DNA of 64,000 nucleotides, from assembly GCA_013360405.1 (NCBI GenBank), contig JABWBR010000029.1:16368-80367 (forward strand), in the 5' to 3' direction. A program made the position numbers and the translations under genes. Positions within the stretch are counted from its first letter, which is position 1. The number at the start of each line of letters is the position of its first letter. The notes below the pieces were generated by a model. That model had not been told where the DNA came from and did not search any database. It saw only the letters and a list, made by a program, of their open reading frames with translations. The stretch comes from Saprospiraceae bacterium. Its GTDB lineage: Bacteria; Bacteroidota; Bacteroidia; Chitinophagales; Saprospiraceae. Below, one piece after another: positions 56,043 to 64,000 of the stretch.

Positions 56043-56705
56043 TTAGTGAACTAAATTTATCTTATCTTTTAATTCCTCCAAAGTATATGGCGGTGATTTT
56101 TTATGGATCATAGCGTGGCAGTTCGGGCACAATGGAATCAAGTCTTTCTTGGGGTCGACCTTATATGATTGCCCAATAGTGTGAATCTCGACAAGGTGAT
56201 GCACATGAATAAATCCTTTGCCAATTTCGCCGTATTTTTCCTCAAAATCAAATCCGCAGCACATACATCTGCAGCCGTAATGCGCTATACACTTCGCCCT
56301 GGCTTTGGGGTCTCGTTCATAGGCGTTTACAGTAACTGTTTTTTTAGCGCCTTCTATAAATGTTTCATCTTCTTCTAATTCATCAGGGTATGTAATTTCT
56401 TGTGGCATATATTCAGGTCGACAACTCTTACAGACCCTAAAAGTACCCGGAAATTTCTTATAATTTTCTGCACAATGTTTTTCAATTTCAGCCACATTAT
56501 TTGAAACAATTTTTATCAAATATTTCCCTGTATAGGCTTTATCATCATATTGGAAGTACGGGGAAATATGAGAACATCCCGAACGATGTATCATAAAAAA
56601 GGAGTTCCCTTCTCCTCTCCCCATGTTCAATACAAAACCATTTGGATTTTTTTTCATCCATTCGAAATAGGCTTGGTCGTTTCCTTCTTTGAATACTTCT
56701 ACCAT
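56043..56705 (-). CDS. HNH endonuclease (McrA-like C-terminal nuclease with uncharacterised N-terminal domain)
   Basis: CRCMCCGFDFEEKYGEIGKGFIHVHHLVEIH...DLIPLCPNCHAMIHK is a Cys4 HNH motif. The N-terminal DQAYFEWMKKNPNGFVLN...FMIHRSGCSHI domain is seen in many stand-alone HNH proteins. Confidence 0.8.
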   Translation of the reverse strand: MVEVFKEGNDQAYFEWMKKNPNGFVLNMGRGEGNSFFMIHRSGCSHISPYFQYDDKAYTGKYLIKIVSNNVAEIEKHCAENYKKFPGTFRVCKSCRPEYMPQEITYPDELEEDETFIEGAKKTVTVNAYERDPKARAKCIAHYGCRCMCCGFDFEEKYGEIGKGFIHVHHLVEIHTIGQSYKVDPKKDLIPLCPNCHAMIHKKSPPYTLEELKDKINLVH

Positions 56706-56754
56706 GATGCATGTTTTTTGTTGCTTTAGTTTTATATAAAATCACACTAACCAA

Positions 56755-58638
56755 TTAATCGCCGTTTAAATTATAACGCAAACCAATAGCAATAGAACTA
56801 CTAATTAAATTATCAAACGAACCAATAGATGAATCTAATGTGAGCGCCAAATATAAAGGAGTTTTTTCTTTATTAAAAAGACGATAGTTGAACTCTATTC
56901 CAAATTCAGGAATAATTACTTTATGTGTATCGCTAAAAAAAGCACAGGAACAACCACTTGAACCTCCAGTTGAATTGCTGTTGATATATTCTAGTGGATC
57001 AGTTGTGAGTCGAACATGATAAAATCCCATATAAATGCCATAACTCCACTTAACTGGAAGATGGTTTAGAGATTTAAAATAATAAAAATTCAATCGATAG
57101 CTTGCTGATAAATATGGCCTTACTGTGTATCCGTTTATTACTTGAGCATCTGTGTGAGGAATAGTTATTCCACCAGATATTGAAAAATGTTTAGTGATAT
57201 ACAAGCTTGCCTGGATAATAGTGTTCAAATATGAATAATTATCTCTTCTGTCTAATAAAGAGTCTAAAGTAATGAAATTTTTTCTTATTCGACGAATTCC
57301 GGTTGAGATAAAAAAATCTATAGGAGATCTCCTGTATACATCTTGTCTTATTTTTATTTCATTACTTTTAATCCCACTATTGTTTTTTAGATAAAACGTG
57401 ATTTCATTGGTTTTGGTTTCAGGAAATATAGAAATAAGTTCAATGTTATACCCAAAGGGGTTTCGATCATTCTTGATCGTTATGAAATTAAAATACGAAC
57501 TATTTTCCGTTTTCATTTGAGCGGCAGACTGGAATTTTAGTTTTTGCTTTACTATGGCACTTAACATTCGTAAACTATCCACTTGGAGGTTAACCGAGGT
57601 ATTGTAAATATTAAAGCTTGCCAAATCCTGATAATTACTGCAAGTAATGGTATATTTCTTGTTGAATTTATTTTTAGTCCCCTTGCTTTTTAGTATGGAC
57701 AAATAATCATATAAAATAGAATAGTCTTCATTAACATAAATATTTGGCTTTTGAATAATCATGATACATAATGTGTCTTCACTTGAATAATCAATCCCAT
57801 CAGATATCGTCATGCCTATTAGGTATTGCCCTGGAGTAGCAATGTTTAGTATGTTAGAGGGCGTATCTTCATTCAAAACGATTCTTTCCAATGGATCTAT
57901 ATTCAAATAGCCTTTGGGACTAATTTGCCTCCAAGTAGCGATCCATCTTTTTCTAGGAGTATCAAGGTCGACAGAAAGTTCCGACCCTATTCGAAATGTA
58001 TCTTGTGTCGAAAAATAGTATACAGAGTCCTTCTTATTGGGTATTCCATTAATAGTTATTAACGCCTCTGGTGGGTGATTAAGCCCTTTGAATAACTTTT
58101 TTAAGTTATCTTGAATAAGATATATATATTCCGGATCGCTCGGATTGAGAATGAAATTTTCAATTTTTACTGGATTTTGAACTGAGTTCACTGGGAAGAG
58201 GCGACTATCATTCAACATTTCAAACTGCTGCGTTGTCTGATTCGATGTATGATATAGTTGTAGCTGGTACTCAATCAATAAGTCTAATGTATTGATGTTA
58301 ACTAATAGAAAATAATTATGCGCAGTCAGTAGCGACTCAATTTCTGCACGGATTGCTTTTGCTTCCGGACTTAGTTGGTAGAACTTATTAGAGTAGCTCC
58401 CTATAACCTCCCTCAACGTCCCTTCGCTCTGTACATTGCTGTATATGCGATTAAGATTTGTGACTTTATCAAATAATTTTCGATCGTTCATTTGAAAGCC
58501 AACTAACTCTTTTTCAATGTGTGCTAATAAAAAATCGCTTTTTGGAGCAAATACCAGAATGTTATCAGCCGATTGACAATAAACATTCATTGCAAAAAGT
58601 AGCAACAACAATGTAAGGACTATATTTTTCATAAGCAT
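56755..58638 (-). CDS. Secreted hypothetical protein; C-terminal third looks beta-barrel-like
   Basis: Signal peptide MKNIVLTLLLLLFAMNVYCQ. The alternative ATG at 58632 forms an ATGA overlap with the upstream stop. The C-terminal region shows an alternating hydrophobic pattern. Confidence 0.5.
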   Translation of the reverse strand: MLMKNIVLTLLLLLFAMNVYCQSADNILVFAPKSDFLLAHIEKELVGFQMNDRKLFDKVTNLNRIYSNVQSEGTLREVIGSYSNKFYQLSPEAKAIRAEIESLLTAHNYFLLVNINTLDLLIEYQLQLYHTSNQTTQQFEMLNDSRLFPVNSVQNPVKIENFILNPSDPEYIYLIQDNLKKLFKGLNHPPEALITINGIPNKKDSVYYFSTQDTFRIGSELSVDLDTPRKRWIATWRQISPKGYLNIDPLERIVLNEDTPSNILNIATPGQYLIGMTISDGIDYSSEDTLCIMIIQKPNIYVNEDYSILYDYLSILKSKGTKNKFNKKYTITCSNYQDLASFNIYNTSVNLQVDSLRMLSAIVKQKLKFQSAAQMKTENSSYFNFITIKNDRNPFGYNIELISIFPETKTNEITFYLKNNSGIKSNEIKIRQDVYRRSPIDFFISTGIRRIRKNFITLDSLLDRRDNYSYLNTIIQASLYITKHFSISGGITIPHTDAQVINGYTVRPYLSASYRLNFYYFKSLNHLPVKWSYGIYMGFYHVRLTTDPLEYINSNSTGGSSGCSCAFFSDTHKVIIPEFGIEFNYRLFNKEKTPLYLALTLDSSIGSFDNLISSSIAIGLRYNLNGD

Positions 58639-59231
58639 TCTATTATAACCTGAGCAACTTGCTCGGCGTTTTCGTTTGCTAATCGTTTTATTTGGCTTCG
58701 AATCTGTTCTTCCAGAGTTATACGCGGATTAGCTGGATAATCAAGCGCTTCTAACTTGATATCGTATAAATTTCCGCAAACTTGTCCATCTTTTTTAATC
58801 ACTAAATGTCCTCCTCTGAAAACATATAAATCCCCTCCTTCAACCTTTTTAACCTCATTTGAATGTGAAATCATAATTGTATTAGATTGAGTGCTATTAT
58901 TGTATTTCAGATACCCTGCTTTTTTTAGTATTGCTAATATGTTATCATAATCTTCAGATGATTCAATGTTAAAATACTTATTTGTCGTCGTATTTTTATG
59001 TTTTATATCATTCATTGTTGTATCATCTATCTTTACCAATATCGTATCCTTTGATGGTAAAGGTGGCAATGTGTCTTCTGAAGAAAAAACATCTTGTATA
59101 GTTTCAATTGACTCAATTATGTCCTTTAACCCAATAATGAGGGCAGATAAAATCAGCACAAAAACAATTGCTTTTTTGTTTTTGAACCAGTTAATTACTT
59201 TTTCGTAAATTGTTTCTTTATCGCCGGCCAT
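58629..59231 (-). CDS. Membrane-anchored hypothetical protein
   Basis: 200 aa with an N-terminal TM segment (AIVFVLILSALIIGL) preceded by KNKK. No family recognised. Confidence 0.5.
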   Translation of the reverse strand: MAGDKETIYEKVINWFKNKKAIVFVLILSALIIGLKDIIESIETIQDVFSSEDTLPPLPSKDTILVKIDDTTMNDIKHKNTTTNKYFNIESSEDYDNILAILKKAGYLKYNNSTQSNTIMISHSNEVKKVEGGDLYVFRGGHLVIKKDGQVCGNLYDIKLEALDYPANPRITLEEQIRSQIKRLANENAEQVAQVIIECL

Positions 59232-59328
59232 TTATTTTTAATCGTTTAAGGCACTATTTGATTGCATGTTAGCAAGTTAATAAATCATTGTTGAAACTAT
59301 TTGACCTCAACTAACACTTCCCATCTCA

Positions 59329-62300
59329 TCAATCATACCGTTGCAATACTATGCGCTTAGTCACATCAGGCAGCCCCTCCGATTTTACCTTCACCAGATA
59401 CATGCCGCTTTGGTAGGCAGACAGATCAAGGCGTTCCGCGTTTTGGACTTCGGGTATTTCATTGAAGTACAGCATTTGGCCCTGGAGGCTATAAAGCTCT
59501 ATGCGCACGGCACGACTATCGTAATTTGAAAGATCTACGTTAAGCTCTCCTGTAGTAGGATTGGGAAAAAGTGCAAAATCAGGAATAGAGACCTCGGAAG
59601 TCAATACATAGTCGCCATTCTCTGCCAAATTATAGCCACTGACTGCGCTAACATTTGCAAAAGTGGCAATAAGCGTACTATATGAGGTCGAATTAGTCAC
59701 AACCAATCCCATTTGGATGCAATTAGACATATTGACAGTTACTGCCATTATTTGAGACCATTGCAATCCGTTTGGAGATATATAACCTATAAACTGGTTA
59801 CCCTGTCGCAGTAAACGAAGCCAATATCGTTGCTGACTAGGGAATTGTTGAGGAATCGCCTGCCCATTAGTTGAGTATCTGACCTCTCTTCTGCTTAGAC
59901 TACTCAAGTTGGTCATAAGCTGAACTTTTTTAGCACCTGATGCATTACTTTCTCGCATGATTATGCCGGCCCAGCCAATATTGCTTGCATTGATGCTTGT
60001 TACTTGCGCTATGATGCTTCCATTACCGCACAATGTTTGTTGAGCAAAAGCTAAGGCGTCAACATTGAAAGGATTGGCATAGTAGCAATTGGTACTGGTT
60101 ACTGTCCAAACACTACTGGCAGGATTGTAATCTATACTATTTCCTTCCGCACAGTTCACGCCATCCTGTTGCTGATTCCACCCACAAGGTAACCCGGTAA
60201 CATTTACCTGACTTGTACAATTTGTAGATAGGCCATTAACATCTATAGCTATTGCAGTAACTGGAATAACTTGACCAAGCTGAGAACAGCTAATATATGA
60301 TGGCGACAATGTGATCCCTTGTATCTCACAATTGTCGCTAGCTGTTACAAGAGTACCCGCATCAAGTGTGATCACCGATTCGCCGTTGAAAGTAATAGTT
60401 TGATTGTTGCAAGCTATATATGGTGGAGTATCGTCAACATGATGAACTGTGAAACTGCATCCCGCATTGTTTCCATTGGAATCAGTTGCTGTCAAAGATA
60501 CCATCAATTGACCAACATCAGATACGACTGTACCTCCAAGCGGATATTGTACCACTGTAACTTCGCCACAGTTGTCATCTGTCGATGCCAAGTCAGCGTA
60601 GTCCGGTAACAATCCAAAGCAGTTTTCGTCGAGAGATATGGTCTGCGACGACGGGCACGTAATTATTGGTAATTCGTTATCGACTATTTCGATATAATAA
60701 CTGCAATGCGAAGTACCTGAGCCATCCGTTATCTGCCATTCAATTTCATAAATCCCTTCATTAAGAAACAATGAATTGTCAGTAGAAGCATAAAAGCTGC
60801 TGTACTGCTCAATAGGAGCATAATTTGAATCGACTTCGCGATAGTGAAAAACTAAAGCGCCTGCGCCGCAGATGCTGTTTAATTCAGGTAATGGCAATGT
60901 CAGTAATAAGCCACATAATCCGGGGGCAGTATTGAAAGATAAATTATCAGGGCAATTAATAACGGGTAGATCATCATTATTTAGTATTAGCCCAGTCCCA
61001 TTTAAGGTGCTAAGACCTCCGATCAATATTACATTTCGACCACCGCTGAATAGGTTACTCAGCTGACCTATAAAGGTTTCGGTAGACTCTATTTTACAAT
61101 CCCCATTTACTATTACCATCACTTGATGGGTCGTCTCTCCTGTCGCAATAACGCGAATACCGCTTTCACTTTGATAATCAGCGTCAGCAATTTCAGCCGT
61201 ACCATCATTAGTAGCAAAATTGACTGTAACCGCGGTATCAACTGCATTGCTCATAGCAATATCAAAAATGATGACTTGTGAACCTGCATCACCTTCAGTT
61301 ATCGTAGGACTGGTAATTGAAATAGAAGCCGAATCATCATTTAGAATAGTTCCAACACCTTGTCCATTGATAATCGTCGCATTCACAGGATCATGGAGGG
61401 TTACAAAGAATGTTTCGTCAAGCTCGACAATATTGTCGCCATTGACCAAAACTTCAATTGTTTGAGTTGATTCGCCTTCTGCGAACACAAGTGTACCCGT
61501 CTTAAATACAAAGTCATTGTCTGACGCGGATGATGAATAATTGTCTGTTGTGTAGTTAACAGACGCCTCGCAATCTAAATTACTTCGTGTAACGGTAAAT
61601 AGGAAAATCATGGTGTCGGTATTGCCTTCAAATTGGGATACACTATCAATGCTTATGTCGCAAGAATAATTCTCAACAATTGTCACAGTAATATCTCCCG
61701 CTATTTTAGCGGGTTCTTGGTTTCCTACATTATCTGTTGCAAGTGTAAAAAACGAATACGTATTTCCGGTTTGTCCTGTAAATGTAGTACACAAGCCCTC
61801 AATGCCATCGCGATAGAGCGTAAAAGCGCTGCCATTGACAGCATAATATAGCGAATAATTCTTCACACCGGAACCGCCTGGATCGTCCTGGCCATTCCAA
61901 CAAATTTGGATCGACATGGAGTCAATAATAGCAGGTAGCGCTGTAGTGATAGTGCTTGCGGGTGGGAATGCGTCAATGGTGTTTTTCCATATGTTCGTTT
62001 CGATTGGGTCATTGATATCGAATACAATTTTTGCTTGTGCCGTAGCTGTATCCCCCGTGATTGTTGAAGCTTTGGGAGAAATGCGATAGCTTACGAAGCC
62101 TTGCCCGCGAGCGAGAGTATCATTTATAGGCAAAAAACCTACACTGGGTAAAGCAGGCGGTAAACCCGTTTGAGGGTCAATCGCCTGGAAAGTCCAAAAT
62201 GCCTCTTGATTGATGATATCCAGGCCTGCGCTTACTTCAACGAATACGCCGAGTGATCCCAACACATCAAGTACTTTAGTATAATTAAGGGTGTTTTCGG

Positions 62301-64000
62301 GAACTTGAAAATTCAATCCTGCAAAGCCAAAATCGCCTAAACGAAGACTAAAAGGATTTACGTTTTCATGTAGCGGAACCCGCACTGTGACGCGTTGGGC
62401 TGGCGCAGTAGCAATTGTACTGTCGTTCTCGAAGTTGACAGTATATACCAAGGAATCGAATTTGGAGACCCAACGAGCAGTGGTGTCGTAACCAAGTGGG
62501 CCGATGATGTCGTTGGGGTCGCAGGATTGGATTGTGGGTACTTGACCACAATGTGTATCAAGTCCACTCCAGTCAAAAAGTAAAGTAGCAATAGCAACCA
62601 ATATGCCCGAATCATTAAATGCGCCTTTTCCTTTCTTTGCAATTTCAATTGCTTGAACTGCTAAATCTCCATATGTTGCTACATCATCGACAATCTCTAT
62701 GAGTTCTTGGCCACAAGTCGTGAATAAAAGGCCCCCACAGTTATTTGCTGTACCAACAGCGCAAATTGTACTTGAATATTGTAAGCATTTATAGACTAAA
62801 GGCGGGGCTAAAGACGACGAAGTACATCCACTGTACCCAAGTGCACAGTCAAGAATTGAAAGATCACACATGGTAAATCGAAAAACTTGATGACAAATAC
62901 ATTCTGGGCTTGTTAAATCAGGTATATTTTCGCAATTGATATTCGGAGTAAAAAGTGAGGCTTGTATAATAAGCTGAGCGATGGATTCATTATTTCCCTC
63001 TAAGCCATTATTTCCTTCCTCACCACTTGAACTCTCAATAGCTCCAGTACCACCAATACCTCCAGTACCACCATTGCCTCCAATACCGCCTTTCCCGCCT
63101 TTCCCACCATTCCCACCGCGCCCTCCATTAACACATGGGTCTAGCGGGCTACAACCAATAGTCCCGTTTCCACCATTCCCACCATCCCCTCCTGGAGCTC
63201 CTGTTTGTCCTAATACACCTTGTCCTCCAATTCCACCATTTCCTCCTGCCCCCCCCTGAATGCCAAAAATGCATGGTTCTCCACCTCCCGCTATTGCATC
63301 TCCCCCCCTTCCTCCATTGCCTCCTGCGCTCGGTGGATTCACCCCGTTGCCTGCTGATCCTGCTCCTCCATCACCTCCAGGTGCGGCAGGTCCTCCTTGT
63401 CCACCATTCCCTGCTGGGTACCCACAAAGCCCAGGGCCACCATTGCAACCCCGATCGCCAGGCAATAACACTCTATGTATAAAATGAATGAAAAGTGTTT
63501 TTTCATCTGCACTTAACTCTAATTCGAATCGCCCCCCACAAAGATTATTTTTCTCTTCAAAACCTTCATAAAATAAACGAAATTTAGCGGGATCAAAGCC
63601 AATAAATCCTCCTTCTGCAATAGCAATTGGCCATAAATAATCATGCCATGGTTCCCAAGTAGTTAAAAAGTCATAATTATTATCACACGGATTGAGGGGA
63701 CGCATAACAATCCAAAATGGATCTTCTTCAGTTGAAGTTATACTAATCATACCAGTTGCATGTATTAAATCCCATCCAAGATTTTCCCCTGCAGAACCGC
63801 CTTCTGTCGAACTTAGATTGATTTCCCAAAGGAATAAATCTCCTCCCCCCATCTCTTGATTTAAGAAAAAGGACTTCCCTATATTAATGCCAGGATCGAA
63901 CTTAAAGTATTCAATTTGATATTCGCCATTTGCAACCTCATTTGAATCAATAAATCCTTTTTGTATAAATGGATAAAACATAAACATTCTAAAATCGTCT
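59329..64000 (-). CDS. Giant T9SS-secreted adhesin-like protein (Gly-rich tract, Calx-beta and HYR-like domains, T9SS CTD); N-terminus probably outside the window
   Basis: More than 1552 aa. The reading frame stays open to the window edge and MFMFYPF is not a signal peptide. Calx-beta-like FEGNTDTMIFLFTVTRS...ETFFVTL blocks. HYR-like PVINCPDN / PIITCPSS / PPYIACNN modules. CTD FALFPNPTTGELNVDL...GMYLVKVKS. Confidence 0.75.
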   Translation of the reverse strand, partial: DDFRMFMFYPFIQKGFIDSNEVANGEYQIEYFKFDPGINIGKSFFLNQEMGGGDLFLWEINLSSTEGGSAGENLGWDLIHATGMISITSTEEDPFWIVMRPLNPCDNNYDFLTTWEPWHDYLWPIAIAEGGFIGFDPAKFRLFYEGFEEKNNLCGGRFELELSADEKTLFIHFIHRVLLPGDRGCNGGPGLCGYPAGNGGQGGPAAPGGDGGAGSAGNGVNPPSAGGNGGRGGDAIAGGGEPCIFGIQGGAGGNGGIGGQGVLGQTGAPGGDGGNGGNGTIGCSPLDPCVNGGRGGNGGKGGKGGIGGNGGTGGIGGTGAIESSSGEEGNNGLEGNNESIAQLIIQASLFTPNINCENIPDLTSPECICHQVFRFTMCDLSILDCALGYSGCTSSSLAPPLVYKCLQYSSTICAVGTANNCGGLLFTTCGQELIEIVDDVATYGDLAVQAIEIAKKGKGAFNDSGILVAIATLLFDWSGLDTHCGQVPTIQSCDPNDIIGPLGYDTTARWVSKFDSLVYTVNFENDSTIATAPAQRVTVRVPLHENVNPFSLRLGDFGFAGLNFQVPENTLNYTKVLDVLGSLGVFVEVSAGLDIINQEAFWTFQAIDPQTGLPPALPSVGFLPINDTLARGQGFVSYRISPKASTITGDTATAQAKIVFDINDPIETNIWKNTIDAFPPASTITTALPAIIDSMSIQICWNGQDDPGGSGVKNYSLYYAVNGSAFTLYRDGIEGLCTTFTGQTGNTYSFFTLATDNVGNQEPAKIAGDITVTIVENYSCDISIDSVSQFEGNTDTMIFLFTVTRSNLDCEASVNYTTDNYSSSASDNDFVFKTGTLVFAEGESTQTIEVLVNGDNIVELDETFFVTLHDPVNATIINGQGVGTILNDDSASISITSPTITEGDAGSQVIIFDIAMSNAVDTAVTVNFATNDGTAEIADADYQSESGIRVIATGETTHQVMVIVNGDCKIESTETFIGQLSNLFSGGRNVILIGGLSTLNGTGLILNNDDLPVINCPDNLSFNTAPGLCGLLLTLPLPELNSICGAGALVFHYREVDSNYAPIEQYSSFYASTDNSLFLNEGIYEIEWQITDGSGTSHCSYYIEIVDNELPIITCPSSQTISLDENCFGLLPDYADLASTDDNCGEVTVVQYPLGGTVVSDVGQLMVSLTATDSNGNNAGCSFTVHHVDDTPPYIACNNQTITFNGESVITLDAGTLVTASDNCEIQGITLSPSYISCSQLGQVIPVTAIAIDVNGLSTNCTSQVNVTGLPCGWNQQQDGVNCAEGNSIDYNPASSVWTVTSTNCYYANPFNVDALAFAQQTLCGNGSIIAQVTSINASNIGWAGIIMRESNASGAKKVQLMTNLSSLSRREVRYSTNGQAIPQQFPSQQRYWLRLLRQGNQFIGYISPNGLQWSQIMAVTVNMSNCIQMGLVVTNSTSYSTLIATFANVSAVSGYNLAENGDYVLTSEVSIPDFALFPNPTTGELNVDLSNYDSRAVRIELYSLQGQMLYFNEIPEVQNAERLDLSAYQSGMYLVKVKSEGLPDVTKRIVLQRYD

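Noticed and set aside
62981-63487. Proline-rich plus-strand ORFs (PPIPPVPPLPP...).
   Set aside because: They are the antisense reading of the Gly-codon-rich tract of the giant adhesin gene.
1-64000. tRNA, rRNA, tmRNA, RNase P and integrase genes as island markers.
   Set aside because: Visual scanning for T-loop (GGTTCGAATCC-like) and other conserved cores found nothing convincing. A tRNAscan/Infernal run would be needed to be certain.

Overview
64-kb chromosomal segment, most likely from a Bacteroidota genome. The taxonomic guess rests on four secreted proteins ending in type IX secretion (T9SS) C-terminal sorting domains, a SprB repeat, TAnnTTTG-type -7 promoter boxes and no Shine-Dalgarno signals. 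All family names come from motifs I recognise in the translations; no database search was run. I support about 55 protein-coding genes. Housekeeping genes: cysE (partial), icd, a 3-hydroxyacyl-CoA dehydrogenase, mnmE, uppP, manA, ygiD, htpG, an ECF sigma/anti-sigma pair and a MoxR ATPase. There is also a crcB-DUF190-MFS fluoride-type cluster and a seven-gene nitrosative-stress-type cluster (RIC, hemerythrin, DUF1858/DUF2249, His-rich membrane protein, DUF59, Rrf2). I saw no rRNA, tRNA or CRISPR array. Five things stand out. (1) Intergenic DNA is saturated with hairpin-forming repeats: a MITE-like element family with about 20-25 nt terminal inverted repeats (3 copies), a second hairpin family (2 copies), a mosaic of GC-clamp triloop hairpins, and short-word tracts at gene ends. 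(2) There is a trail of decayed mobile or defence genes: a collapsed DNA methyltransferase, a DinD-like fragment, a HigA-like N-terminal stub, a truncated transposase and a nonsense-mutated, internally deleted gene. These sit beside intact RhuM, two Fic proteins, DinD, an AlbA_2/HATPase protein and a DUF4143 ATPase. (3) A signal-peptide-bearing WD40-caspase (C14) protein has a sharply AT-rich middle block and is followed by a second secreted protein with a caspase-like His/Cys motif pair. (4) A low-GC island runs from about 53 kb to the window end. It holds a giant T9SS adhesin, two translationally coupled envelope proteins and an HNH nuclease plus small membrane protein pair. (5) A tight aminotransferase / kinase-like / Ntn-hydrolase gene string has no obvious pathway. 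None of these is proven to be a new system. The caspase pair, the HNH-TM pair and the repeat families are the best candidates for follow-up.
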